Part shown: positions 37,941 to 47,761 of the stretch, piece after piece
How the letters are laid out: every line of letters starts with the position of its first letter
Numbering within the stretch: the stretch's first letter is position 1
Source of the DNA: Candidatus Heimdallarchaeota archaeon
GTDB lineage: Archaea; Asgardarchaeota; Heimdallarchaeia; Hodarchaeales; Hodarchaeaceae
Assembly: GCA_011364965.1 (NCBI GenBank)
Contig: RDOB01000003.1
Coordinates: 336,276-400,275 of the forward strand
Length of the DNA stretch: 64,000 nt
Reading direction: 5' to 3'
Notes under the pieces: generated by a model
Database searches by the model: none
The model's input: only the letters and a program-made list of their open reading frames with translations
What the model was told of the DNA's origin: nothing
Translations under genes and position numbers: made by a program

Positions 37941-39932
37941 TTAATTTTTTTTTAATCCTAATTGGATTCTTTTGGTCCATTTCTTAAAATTTAAAAGTAG
38001 CTTATACTCATGGAATACGCTTATAATTATTAGAGTCAAATTTACAAGAAATGCACTAAAAATAAGCGATAAATGCTGCTCCTGATATTCTAGTACTAAT
38101 TCTGATGAAGTCACATTTTTTACTTGGATGAATCCAATTTCATCTTCTCGTTCCAGATTCCATGTCTTATTACCTCTGATCTTCCAACTAGGATGATGAG
38201 CGACCTTTATAAGAAGATCAACTGATGTATTTGTGCTAGATATTAATATGCGAATCTGAGTGGGACTTTCATATGTTAATTGTGCATTTCCAGTAGGAAA
38301 GACATCAACCAAAGATATATTCCGAGAAGTTTCCCATAATAGTTTACTTTGGTCTGGATCAAGTGTTACTAGTTGCCAGTGTGATTCTATGAATAATGAG
38401 TAATCCCCTTTTCCTGTAAACATCCATTTTACTCCATATTTTTCAGGAAAGTGAATGATATCGTTGATCGTGTCTGGATCAGGTCGATATTTCGACGAAC
38501 TCGGGGGAGGATCCCTAAACCAACTTAAACGACATCCAGGAGGATTCCATCCATCAAAATACGGTTTATTGGTTAATATAGGAAGATATGCCATATGATC
38601 TCCCTGATAACCTTTGGGACAGACATAGTAAAATCCTTCCCGACTTTTCAGGTCTTCAGCAAGTGGTTCTAAATCCAACCAATGATCATCATCGAATTGC
38701 AAGTAACCAAAATTAATAATCCCATTATGAGCTTCAGCAAGCGGTAACAAAATGATGATAGTCATTATGAACACTGTTCCTTTATGTTCAATTCCTCTAA
38801 CGCATAGAACTATGAGTAATAGCTGTGAAACTAATATGAATCGGAGTACGTCCATTCCTCTAAATGCTAGGGGAAGAAGTTCATTTGTTTCTTTATAAAA
38901 GAGAAAGAACCCAGTGATAATTATGAATAAGGTTGCTATAAACAAACTAATTTCTTTGGATTGAATTTTTTTTACCCAAATAGAACAAGCAAATAATCCA
39001 AGGAACATAAATACATAAAGGCTTATATAATTATAGATAAAATCCCGAAGAACTCGTAAAACCCAGTATAAACCTCCAGGTCCATCTGTAAAGCTAACCA
39101 AAGACCCTGAGCTAAGCATTATGAGATTAATTGGTTCTTGAAAAAATTGAGGCATTAAAAGAAAAACCCACAGAAACGGTATTACCCAGATTCCTACCTT
39201 TTTTGTATAGAAATAAACTTCTGTTTTAGCAAGTACTTTTCTTCTTTCATTAATTGTCTCTCCTTGATAAATTAAATACATTCTTTTAAGTAATTGTGCG
39301 GTCTCAGTGGCTCCTACTATCACGATTAGGAATCCAAATATCATATAATGTGTAATACTTAACAAGCATGCTAAACTGATAGTACTAAAGCTCCTCCCTG
39401 CATAATAGCAACAGAGACATAGACCTAGGAGTGCTAATCCTAATTGAGTTGGTGCACGAGAATAAAACATAAAATTTATGTTTAATGAGGGTAATGTCAT
39501 AATGAATAATGCGGCAAAAAACCCACTTGGCACAGATCTATTCAAGAGGATTAATATGAAATATACACTCATAGATATAATCAGATGGCACATTATTAGT
39601 AAGCTTACGTACGCTAAATCTATAGGAATTACCAAACTCATTAACCATAGGATGAATGTTGTTCCTGGGGCGTATTGATCTAAGAATGCAGTTCCAGTAT
39701 ACCATAATGGATTCCATTCACCAGCTAGTCCAAATTCTTTTAGAAACGCTATCCGAAATAGGTGAGCACTAAAATCTATGCCTGCAGGTCTAGAAGTTAA
39801 AAATGGGAGATAAATCCAACTCCATATTATTGTTATTAATGAAAGCGCTAGGATATGGGGATAGATTCCTATTTTCAAGCGCAGAAATTGCTTTTCTCTC
39901 TTTGAAATACTTTTCTCTCTTATTTCAAGCAT
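37941..39932 (-). CDS. Polytopic membrane protein with GT-C-glycosyltransferase-like N-terminus and extracytoplasmic C-terminal domain
   Basis: More than 10 TM helices. A first-loop motif GIDFSAHLFRIAFLKEFG..WNPLWYTGTAF resembles GT-C/YfhO/PTPS-related membrane families. The assignment is tentative. Confidence 0.4.
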   Translation of the reverse strand: MLEIREKSISKREKQFLRLKIGIYPHILALSLITIIWSWIYLPFLTSRPAGIDFSAHLFRIAFLKEFGLAGEWNPLWYTGTAFLDQYAPGTTFILWLMSLVIPIDLAYVSLLIMCHLIISMSVYFILILLNRSVPSGFFAALFIMTLPSLNINFMFYSRAPTQLGLALLGLCLCCYYAGRSFSTISLACLLSITHYMIFGFLIVIVGATETAQLLKRMYLIYQGETINERRKVLAKTEVYFYTKKVGIWVIPFLWVFLLMPQFFQEPINLIMLSSGSLVSFTDGPGGLYWVLRVLRDFIYNYISLYVFMFLGLFACSIWVKKIQSKEISLFIATLFIIITGFFLFYKETNELLPLAFRGMDVLRFILVSQLLLIVLCVRGIEHKGTVFIMTIIILLPLAEAHNGIINFGYLQFDDDHWLDLEPLAEDLKSREGFYYVCPKGYQGDHMAYLPILTNKPYFDGWNPPGCRLSWFRDPPPSSSKYRPDPDTINDIIHFPEKYGVKWMFTGKGDYSLFIESHWQLVTLDPDQSKLLWETSRNISLVDVFPTGNAQLTYESPTQIRILISSTNTSVDLLIKVAHHPSWKIRGNKTWNLEREDEIGFIQVKNVTSSELVLEYQEQHLSLIFSAFLVNLTLIIISVFHEYKLLLNFKKWTKRIQLGLKKN

Positions 39933-39942
39933 GGATTCCCCC

Positions 39943-42657
39943 TCATGTTAATTGAATCGTATTTTTCTTCGTTATGATCCGAATGTATTGAATAAATGAT
40001 ATCCCGAGACTTATTAACATTCCAATTAACAATACTAACAAAATTATTTCTTCTTCTGGGTAAGTTTGTAAGATTGAGGTATCTGGAACTGTTGAAAGTG
40101 TCTTGTATAAGATTCGGATCAGAAGAAAGATGAATGTAACAAATCCTCCTCCAAGGATTAAAACTGACTGAAATATTGTCATTTCTTTCCGGGAAGGTGA
40201 ATAATTGACTAGATTTTTAGGGATTAAAGATTTATTTGCCAAATAACGATAGATTGGGATACTAAGTGCATAAAACGCTATAATTAACGCAATTAACAGA
40301 AAAACGGTAACTTTTTGTTCAGAAAAGGTCAAATTAAGCATAAAACCTACTATTAAAAGAATCAACAGGATAAAGGAACTCAATGAAAGAATTGTGTCCT
40401 CTAAATCGGGGTGTTGAGATTTTTCTTTGTCTTCAACTACAATTTTTTGACTTCTCTCGATTTGCTGTTTATAAGGAGTGAATGCGAGTTCGAGAGTTAA
40501 TAGGAAAATAACATAATAGAATATTTGAGTAACTATTGAAAAAAGATTTAAGGATTGTAACATTAATGGAAGCAATATAACCCCCGATAATAGGTAAATA
40601 ATTGATAAAAATGATGCGAATCGTAAATATAGCTGAATAAGGGGCGAATTGTCAAAATGAGAAAGAATTTTCTCTTTTTTAACCTCTCTCATGGGATTCC
40701 AGACAATAAGAGTTACACTAACAAAGAAGATTACACGGAACATCCATTCTGCTAAAGAAAAATGTGGTCTGAGGAAAAAAAAGTTCAAAAGTGCATTTAT
40801 GACAAAAATTATTATCTTATTTAGATACTCAAGAAGAAAAAATCCCACATAGGTGTGAGAATGCAAATATGATTGAACACCTACAATTATTTCAGAAAAG
40901 GGCAAATTTAATAATACACTGATATCTAAAAGAAACCATACCGTCAAACAACTTGCAAGAAACCCTTCAAGTCCGATTGCGCTTAAAAGCAATATACGTG
41001 GGGGAATTTTGATTTTTTTAAACCTCTCATTTACCGCTTTTCCTGAATTCAATGGATTCCAGTATGGATTCAGTAAAAATGCAAGTGCTAATGCAGCAAA
41101 AAAAGCAGTGGGTTCCCCTCGACTCAAACTAGAGGCTGATGGCCATGTTAAAAAAACTTGAAAGCTAGCAATTAAAAGGTTGAATTTAAAACCTCCAGAG
41201 TAATGCCCTTGAAGAAATTCAATAGAAATTCTTGCTGGAAAATCAAAATTTAAAGAAAACCAGCTTAATAGGGTAGACACATGCCCCGGGATCCCCCAGA
41301 TCGGATCAACCATTCCCTCTCCTCCTAAAGGATATACTCCCACCCATCCTCCCGCAACATTGATTATGATAGAAAAGAAACTTAAAATAATAGCAAGGAA
41401 TTTTAATACTTTTGAAAATATCTTTTGACCTAAGGGGATTTGGTCTTCTCTCAAGTCAAAGATGTAAGCAATTGGAATTAATAACAAGGGAGAAATTGAC
41501 ACAATATGACGAGGACCATATGCCAAACCTCCTGTAGGTAAGAAATATTTGCTATATAACAATATAAAAACTAATGGAACCGTTAGACAGAGTATAGCAA
41601 GAACTGGTTTCTTATTAAGCAAAATTATAAGCCCAATAACAGTTAAAAGTAGGATTGGCATAAAATTTAACAAACCATGATGTCTAGAGAACACCAGGAC
41701 CTCTAATCCTTCTAATATTGGATTGGCAAAATGTTGTTTATCCCAGAAATACTTTGCATAAGAATATGGGGTTTTAAATGGATCATTAAAACAGGAAAAA
41801 TTGTAATACAAGATCAAAAGTCCGTTAAGGAGGATTGGAAAAAGGAATATAACAATGCGAGGAATAAAAATACGAAAATAAGCTTTCCAATGAAAAATGA
41901 GTTCACGAAGGTTCCAAGGAAACGGAATGAGTAAATAAGCAAGTAAGAAGGGCTGAACTACAACTAGAACATAATCACAGGTCATCATAAGCCCACTATA
42001 TAATCCTGCCCATGCTAATGCCGATATTTCCATAGTATCACGGAATTTAGTAAGAAAATAGACCGCAAGTAAAAGAAAACTTGCTGTAAATCCATGGGAG
42101 AACAATGTGCCTATATATACATAAAATAGGCTACCAAAAGCAAATGTGAGAGTGGTCCAGTTAGCTGATTTATGACCTATACCCAGCAATCGAAGAAGAT
42201 CATAGAATTTGATTGAGGTAAATGCACCCCAAATTAATGCTACTATAATAATGAGAAACTTAATTAAGTCATCAATAGCAAAATGATTTGCAGGATCCAT
42301 TCCAAAGAAGTTAAGAGCGATAAATTCTCCAATCCAATATATGGGAACTGTTAAGAGTGAAATACCTGGTGGTTTATCTGAAAAAATACTTCCATTATAT
42401 TCTGCATAGTCAAGATAACTATATCTTTCAAGATCTTCTTGACGAATGGTAAATTCTCCATATTTAGCAATAGCTTTAGTCAACATAAAACGTGATCCCG
42501 GATTTGTATTCGTTACATCCAAGGTTGCACCTGCAATATATATCAGGAAAATAAAGAGAAAGAGCCGAACACGAAAAGATTTTCCCAAAGTTTCGATGAA
42601 ATTAAAGAGGTTAGATATTGAACCCATTAGATCCTTCTGATTGTTCGTTGTAGTCAT
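39943..42657 (-). CDS. Large GT-C-fold glycosyltransferase-like membrane protein (PMT/ArnT-like N-terminus)
   Basis: More than 20 hydrophobic segments. The first extracytoplasmic loop carries YLDYAEYNGSIFSDKPPGISLL, like the ArnT/PMT family loop. No WWDYG motif was seen, so it is not called AglB/STT3. Confidence 0.45.
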   Translation of the reverse strand: MTTTNNQKDLMGSISNLFNFIETLGKSFRVRLFLFIFLIYIAGATLDVTNTNPGSRFMLTKAIAKYGEFTIRQEDLERYSYLDYAEYNGSIFSDKPPGISLLTVPIYWIGEFIALNFFGMDPANHFAIDDLIKFLIIIVALIWGAFTSIKFYDLLRLLGIGHKSANWTTLTFAFGSLFYVYIGTLFSHGFTASFLLLAVYFLTKFRDTMEISALAWAGLYSGLMMTCDYVLVVVQPFLLAYLLIPFPWNLRELIFHWKAYFRIFIPRIVIFLFPILLNGLLILYYNFSCFNDPFKTPYSYAKYFWDKQHFANPILEGLEVLVFSRHHGLLNFMPILLLTVIGLIILLNKKPVLAILCLTVPLVFILLYSKYFLPTGGLAYGPRHIVSISPLLLIPIAYIFDLREDQIPLGQKIFSKVLKFLAIILSFFSIIINVAGGWVGVYPLGGEGMVDPIWGIPGHVSTLLSWFSLNFDFPARISIEFLQGHYSGGFKFNLLIASFQVFLTWPSASSLSRGEPTAFFAALALAFLLNPYWNPLNSGKAVNERFKKIKIPPRILLLSAIGLEGFLASCLTVWFLLDISVLLNLPFSEIIVGVQSYLHSHTYVGFFLLEYLNKIIIFVINALLNFFFLRPHFSLAEWMFRVIFFVSVTLIVWNPMREVKKEKILSHFDNSPLIQLYLRFASFLSIIYLLSGVILLPLMLQSLNLFSIVTQIFYYVIFLLTLELAFTPYKQQIERSQKIVVEDKEKSQHPDLEDTILSLSSFILLILLIVGFMLNLTFSEQKVTVFLLIALIIAFYALSIPIYRYLANKSLIPKNLVNYSPSRKEMTIFQSVLILGGGFVTFIFLLIRILYKTLSTVPDTSILQTYPEEEIILLVLLIGMLISLGISFIQYIRIITKKNTIQLT

Positions 42658-42856
42658 TTATATTGCCCCGATGATAAATCCACATTTAGAATCTAAATAG
42701 TATGCTTTAGTGGTGATTTCAGACCGTTTTGCAGAAAATTTCTCTAAGACAATAATTTAGAATTAGTTCATCGTAAATACGATAAAAAATTTGTGATAGG
42801 TGGAGAGAAAAACAGCAACCTTTCATTCTTTTCGAGACTTAGAATTATATTCAGTG

Positions 42857-44146
42857 TTATACTTTTAATGCAAATCTAGGAACCATTCGAGCAACGATTT
42901 CACCTAAACCCAGATCAATGGTTTGTACAAGAACGTTACGTCCACGATAAAGAAATTGTAATTCACTTGGTGTCTCGAAAACCATCGTTCCAATTCCTGT
43001 CCCAAGATCGACCGAAAAATACCTTCTTTTTTGAACTGTCTCGAATATTTCGGGGATTGCCACGATATGAGGAAAAGTATATCCACCTCCATGAGGAAGA
43101 ATGTTTGCATTGCTTATGCGATTATGAAGATTGTATTTATCCATTCTTTCTTTAAAATTCAGAGTCATTTGAGCATCATCATTAAAATTTGATATCCCTT
43201 TGAGTATGTAGCATGGAATATCTGCTCTTAAGGTAAGAGGATAGAGTTTTTCTTCATTATTGGTGAAAACGTATGTTCCTAAAGCGACTTCATTCAGATG
43301 AGTCAAACCCTGATGAGGAGTATTTGATATTACTTCATAGTCATTCCCAAAAAGGAGTTTTCCTGCCAGTTCTCGTTTCTTTTCTCCAATTCGCTCAGCC
43401 CATTTGTAAAAGTCGTAGTATTTCTTTGCATCCTCTCCAATAAGATAATGAATCTCCCCAAAAGGAGTTTCCAATGTTTGACACATTTCTCGTAAGTTAG
43501 AACTAGCATGGTAATATAATCCTAGTTCTTTTGGGTTCGAATCACCTTTTAGCTCTGAAGGAGAACTATGAGTAATGAAGGAATATTGAGGGAGATTTGC
43601 AGATTCGCTCATAGCCGGATTAGGAAATACTTCAAAAACATTAATAAAATGGTTCCCACTACCAAAGTTCCATCTAATCGGAACACCTTCGATTTCCACG
43701 TCATATTGAGCATCATTCATATCATGAATCCGTTGAATTAGCTCCATTGGATCTGGTTCACCAGTTAATGATCCAACAAGCATTCCACAGGCATTAGGCA
43801 TTGTATCAACGAACATCAATGGAATATCCCCATCTCCCCAAGTAACTTTTCCACCATAACCAATACCATTTTTCCACCGCTCAATATTTCGAGTAATAGT
43901 ACAATCTGGAGCTGCAATAAAAGTAGAATTTGGTTCTAGGCCTAGTGAATCTTGTACAAGATGCATCTTTGCTAAACCATAAAGAAAATTCAAGCGGCAG
44001 AGCTTTGATGCGCTATCTTCTAACGCGGTTGAAAAGATGAGATCTTTGGAACGATCTAATAATTTTCCTCGACTTTTCTTTTTAAGTTCTTCCATTAATT
44101 TCACCAAAATGTCGTAAAATGCTTTACTACCGAATAAAAAACTCAA
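42857..44146 (-). CDS. Divergent RtcB-family protein (RNA 3'-phosphate ligase-like)
   Basis: FGSGNHFINVFEV (RtcB GSGNHF), PNACGM (RtcB D-I-N-C-G region), ITHSS, TPHQG and LPHGGGY (the HGAGR nucleotidyl-His position). The C-terminal LGEIVARMVPRFALKV resembles the RtcB C-terminus. It lacks the N-terminal MPDxHxG motif. Confidence 0.55.
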   Translation of the reverse strand: MSFLFGSKAFYDILVKLMEELKKKSRGKLLDRSKDLIFSTALEDSASKLCRLNFLYGLAKMHLVQDSLGLEPNSTFIAAPDCTITRNIERWKNGIGYGGKVTWGDGDIPLMFVDTMPNACGMLVGSLTGEPDPMELIQRIHDMNDAQYDVEIEGVPIRWNFGSGNHFINVFEVFPNPAMSESANLPQYSFITHSSPSELKGDSNPKELGLYYHASSNLREMCQTLETPFGEIHYLIGEDAKKYYDFYKWAERIGEKKRELAGKLLFGNDYEVISNTPHQGLTHLNEVALGTYVFTNNEEKLYPLTLRADIPCYILKGISNFNDDAQMTLNFKERMDKYNLHNRISNANILPHGGGYTFPHIVAIPEIFETVQKRRYFSVDLGTGIGTMVFETPSELQFLYRGRNVLVQTIDLGLGEIVARMVPRFALKV

Positions 44147-44255
44147 AAATAGGAGCGAGTCTGGAATAATTGATTTTCTATCGGTACATAATCGTTTAAA
44201 AAGTCACGCTTTTCTTGAGGAAATCCACTTAGATATTTTTGGGAGTAATCCAATT

Positions 44256-45491
44256 ATGAAAGATGAAGAGAATGGCCCAAGAAAAAAGCTCCTTAGGGAG
44301 GATGGCTACTGGGGAGTATATCAGGAGGAAGATAATGCCCCTGAAGAACGTTGGGATCCTTTTCAGACATTAACCGATAAATATGGCACTAAAATTGGAC
44401 ATTGCACATATATTAGTAAGTTGAGAGCAAATAGACCAATCGAATACTCAGAAATACCTCTAAAGCTCGTAAGATCAAATTTAAATGACGAGAAAGATTC
44501 TTTTTGTCAAATAGTGGAAGGTAAATTACCAGCAATCGTTTTAACCAAGGATTTAAGTCAAAAAAGGGATCCATTTGTCTTGGACGCAAAATTTGAGAAC
44601 CTAGCTCAAACAAATGCGTTTACAATTATTAATCTGTTTCCGCCAATGGCTAGATACGTTCAAAATAATCATTTTTTGCGTACTGAAAAAAAAAAATCTA
44701 AACCCCCAAAAGGCATATCTTTGGTTCATGTACTTACTAAACACTATGTAAGTATCGAAACTGTTCCCTTGGATGAATTGATCCTATATTTTAATAACAT
44801 CATTCTATCGCTTGAAATCTGCCAAAAATCACTCCGATCACAAGGAATTAACAATATAGGACTCATGCAATTCTTTAATATTGGGCCTGCTTCTGGCGCA
44901 AGTATTTTACATCTCCATGGACAGAGTATGTTATTCATAGATAAAAAAGGACATGGGTGGAAGAATCAAGGTTTTTTAGTAGTTTATGAGGAGCATAAGT
45001 CCCTTTATCAAAACCGAAATTATTGCTTAGGGTGTGAGTACGCCAAAAAGGTTACTATTGATCCTTTAAACCAAGAAATTAACCTTAAAGAAAGAATTTT
45101 TTGGGAAGATGACTTTTGGCTATGTCTAGTAGCTTATGCACCTGAAAATGATGGACAGCTTAGATTAATGCCCAAAAGGCATCTATCGACCTTGTTAGAG
45201 CTGAATTCAAATGAAATTGCTTCTTTATCCAAAGCTTTACTTGCCTCAAACTATGCATTAACTCAGTTTATTAACAATTATGGGAAGAAACTTCATTTGT
45301 CTCTCGATCGCAATATCATTTTCAGACAGCAGCATTTTGGATATACTTCGAAACCACATTTACTCATTGATATCCTACCAGTCCAAAGAGTAGGCGGAGG
45401 TGAAAAATTAGACAATTTTAAATTATCTCATATCTTTCCCGAGGAAATTGCCTGTTCTCTTACCCAATATCTTCAGGAATTTATTATATGA
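44256..45491 (+). CDS. Galactose-1-phosphate uridylyltransferase-like HIT-superfamily nucleotidyltransferase
   Basis: Two HIT-like halves. The first has DSFCQIVEGKLPAIVL and the GalT-type active-site motif ILHLHGQS (H-x-H-x-Q). The second has CLGCEY and a degenerate PHLLIDILP. Confidence 0.6.
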   Translation: MKDEENGPRKKLLREDGYWGVYQEEDNAPEERWDPFQTLTDKYGTKIGHCTYISKLRANRPIEYSEIPLKLVRSNLNDEKDSFCQIVEGKLPAIVLTKDLSQKRDPFVLDAKFENLAQTNAFTIINLFPPMARYVQNNHFLRTEKKKSKPPKGISLVHVLTKHYVSIETVPLDELILYFNNIILSLEICQKSLRSQGINNIGLMQFFNIGPASGASILHLHGQSMLFIDKKGHGWKNQGFLVVYEEHKSLYQNRNYCLGCEYAKKVTIDPLNQEINLKERIFWEDDFWLCLVAYAPENDGQLRLMPKRHLSTLLELNSNEIASLSKALLASNYALTQFINNYGKKLHLSLDRNIIFRQQHFGYTSKPHLLIDILPVQRVGGGEKLDNFKLSHIFPEEIACSLTQYLQEFII

Positions 45492-45922
45492 TTCTTTTTT
45501 CTTTATCCTTTCCTGAAAAATATACCCATATAGAATACATGGGTAGGTTTATAACCTTCCAGATCATCTATGATATTACATTAGAAAGATATTTTGATAA
45601 GGAATTTGCCATGCTTAAACTAAATGATGATCAGCATAAGATATTAAACATCCTAAAGAATCCATCGAGTTATGTTGTACGCAATGAAGAGAATGGAATC
45701 CGTGGTTTACCTTATAAAGAGATTATGAAAGCTTCTCGCCTTTCAGTAGAAAAAACCCTCCTTAGCTTAGGTTGGTTAGAAGGAAATGGATTGGTAACTC
45801 ACGAGTGTGCTGTTCAACGACAAATTGTGGATTATTTAGGGCATAATAGTGTTGAAATTGCTGGTCAAAAGATCGTTAGAATGTTTTATCTTACTCAAAA
45901 AGGAAAAAAGCTCCATTCATAA
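45488..45922 (+). CDS. Winged-helix-like small protein, paralogue A
   Basis: About half of the aligned residues match the next gene by eye (GIRGLPYKEIMKASRLSVEKTLLSLGWLEGNGLV..EIAGQKIVRMFYLTQKGKK). The conserved part begins at ATG 45611, while the track start overlaps the upstream stop (ATGA). Confidence 0.5.
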   Translation: MILFSLSFPEKYTHIEYMGRFITFQIIYDITLERYFDKEFAMLKLNDDQHKILNILKNPSSYVVRNEENGIRGLPYKEIMKASRLSVEKTLLSLGWLEGNGLVTHECAVQRQIVDYLGHNSVEIAGQKIVRMFYLTQKGKKLHS

Positions 45923-46111
45923 GGATAAAATATCGTTATTCGTTTCTTACTTATCCATATAAAACCAAGAGAGGAATCTCCCTAACCCATTTCTCTTACC
46001 CATATGAATATTATAAGTATATGAACTTGTTTTTTACATTTTGGATAGGATATTTTATATTTTAATAAAATCGTTGTTAAAGCTGAGTTATTAGACAAAG
46101 AGGTATATTTA

Positions 46112-46459
46112 ATGACCACAGAAAAAGCTGATTTAAACCTAGATCAGCGTAAAGTGATTCTTGCGCTTGATGAGCCAGCAGAATTTTATCGTGGATATCA
46201 TTCAGTTGCAGGGATCCGAGGTGCTCCATATAAAAAAATTATGGAGAAAACAGGTTTAACTTTAGAGAAGACGCTTCTTTCGATTGGTTGGCTGGAAGCT
46301 AGAGGTTTAATTGCACATGATGTGGCAGTTGTAAGAAAAACATTAGACTATCTTGGCCAAACCAACATAGAGATTGCTGGTCAATCGGTTGTCCGTATGT
46401 TTTACTTGACAGAAGAAGGCAAGAAGACACTAAAAGAGTTTAAAGAGGAAGGTGGCTAA
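46112..46459 (+). CDS. Winged-helix-like small protein, paralogue B
   Basis: GIRGAPYKKIMEKTGLTLEKTLLSIGWLEARGLI..EIAGQSVVRMFYLTEEGKK. Its stop directly abuts the TTG start of the GAPDH gene. Confidence 0.55.
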   Translation: MTTEKADLNLDQRKVILALDEPAEFYRGYHSVAGIRGAPYKKIMEKTGLTLEKTLLSIGWLEARGLIAHDVAVVRKTLDYLGQTNIEIAGQSVVRMFYLTEEGKKTLKEFKEEGG

Positions 46460-47563
46460 TTGGCGAAATCTAAAGCAAATATTGGAGTGGTTGGCTACGG
46501 AATTATTGGTAAACGAGTGGCAGATGCCATAGCCAGCCAACCAGACATGCGATTAGTTGGAATAGCGGATATTATTTCTGATGTCCGCTTGAGAATTGCA
46601 AAAGAACGAAACTATCCAATATATTGCAGCTTACCAGATTTTGAGCCTAAAATGAGGGCAGCAGGATTTGAAGTTGTCGGATTTCTAGATGATATGCTAA
46701 AGGAAATAGAAATTGTTATAGATTGCACGCCAAGTGGGGTTCCAGCTCAGAATTTTCCACTGTACGATAAATATAATGTTAAAACCATTGTTCAAGGTGG
46801 AGAAAAACATTCACTTACTGAGAGGAGCTTTAGCACATTTGGTAATTATTATACCCATCTAGGTGTAAAGAAAACACGAGTTGTATCTTGTAATACGACA
46901 GCATTAACAAGAATAATATCTACTTTAGCTCATGAATATGGGGTTTCGGATGTATTTGTCGCTCTAGCACGAAGGGCTGGAGACCCTGCGAGAACGAATC
47001 GAGGACCAATTAATGCAATTACTCCTGTTTTAGGAGTTTCTCATCACGGTCCCGATTTAGTCACAATTATGCCTCAATTGGATGATCGCATTCATTCATT
47101 GGCAATAGCAGGAAGCTGGACACTGTCTCACGTTCATATGGTGAAGGTTACCCTTGAAAGCTCTCCTTCAAAAGATGAAGTTGTTTCCTTGTACAAAAAA
47201 ACGCCAAGAATATTAATTGAACCTGGAAAGCATGGATTATTTGATTCTGCACAACTCGTCGAATATTTCCGCGATTTGGGTCGGCCACGATATGATCGTC
47301 CTGAAGTTTTTATCTGGGAGGAAACTATGTCTCTTGATTCTCGTGGCAATTTGTACATGATCTATGATGTACATATGGAGTCGATCCCAATTCCTGAGAA
47401 TGTTGATGCTGTAAGATCGATGCTTGAAATGGAATCTGATGCAATGAAATGTGTTGAAATGACAGATAAAGCCATGAAGATCCAGAATGGTTCATATTCA
47501 GGAACATTATACGGAAGTGCCCCGCCAAAAGAAAGATCACTTGCCAGTACAGAACACGAATAG
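46460..47563 (+). CDS. gap: Archaeal type II glyceraldehyde-3-phosphate dehydrogenase
   Basis: NIGVVGYGIIGKRVADAI (Rossmann), the catalytic VVSCNTTALTR, and archaeal-type length. TTG start. Confidence 0.85.
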   Translation: MAKSKANIGVVGYGIIGKRVADAIASQPDMRLVGIADIISDVRLRIAKERNYPIYCSLPDFEPKMRAAGFEVVGFLDDMLKEIEIVIDCTPSGVPAQNFPLYDKYNVKTIVQGGEKHSLTERSFSTFGNYYTHLGVKKTRVVSCNTTALTRIISTLAHEYGVSDVFVALARRAGDPARTNRGPINAITPVLGVSHHGPDLVTIMPQLDDRIHSLAIAGSWTLSHVHMVKVTLESSPSKDEVVSLYKKTPRILIEPGKHGLFDSAQLVEYFRDLGRPRYDRPEVFIWEETMSLDSRGNLYMIYDVHMESIPIPENVDAVRSMLEMESDAMKCVEMTDKAMKIQNGSYSGTLYGSAPPKERSLASTEHE

Positions 47564-47761
47564 ATATTCTAGCTGCTTTTTCTGCTTCTATCTTTTTCTT
47601 TAATAAATTACTTTAAGAATCAAGACTCCTTAATCTACATTCAAGGCCTTAGACCAACCTAACATTTTTCTTTGGAAAAGGTCAGCTTTTTATTTTCAGC
47701 AATCCTATTATAAAAATAATTTATTCGTTTTCGGTTAAATTTGATTAAATGAGGAAAAAAT

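Noticed and set aside
39943-42657. Oligosaccharyltransferase AglB/STT3.
   Set aside because: The protein is large and polytopic, but I could not find the WWDYG motif or a DK/MI motif. I therefore kept it as a generic GT-C-like protein.
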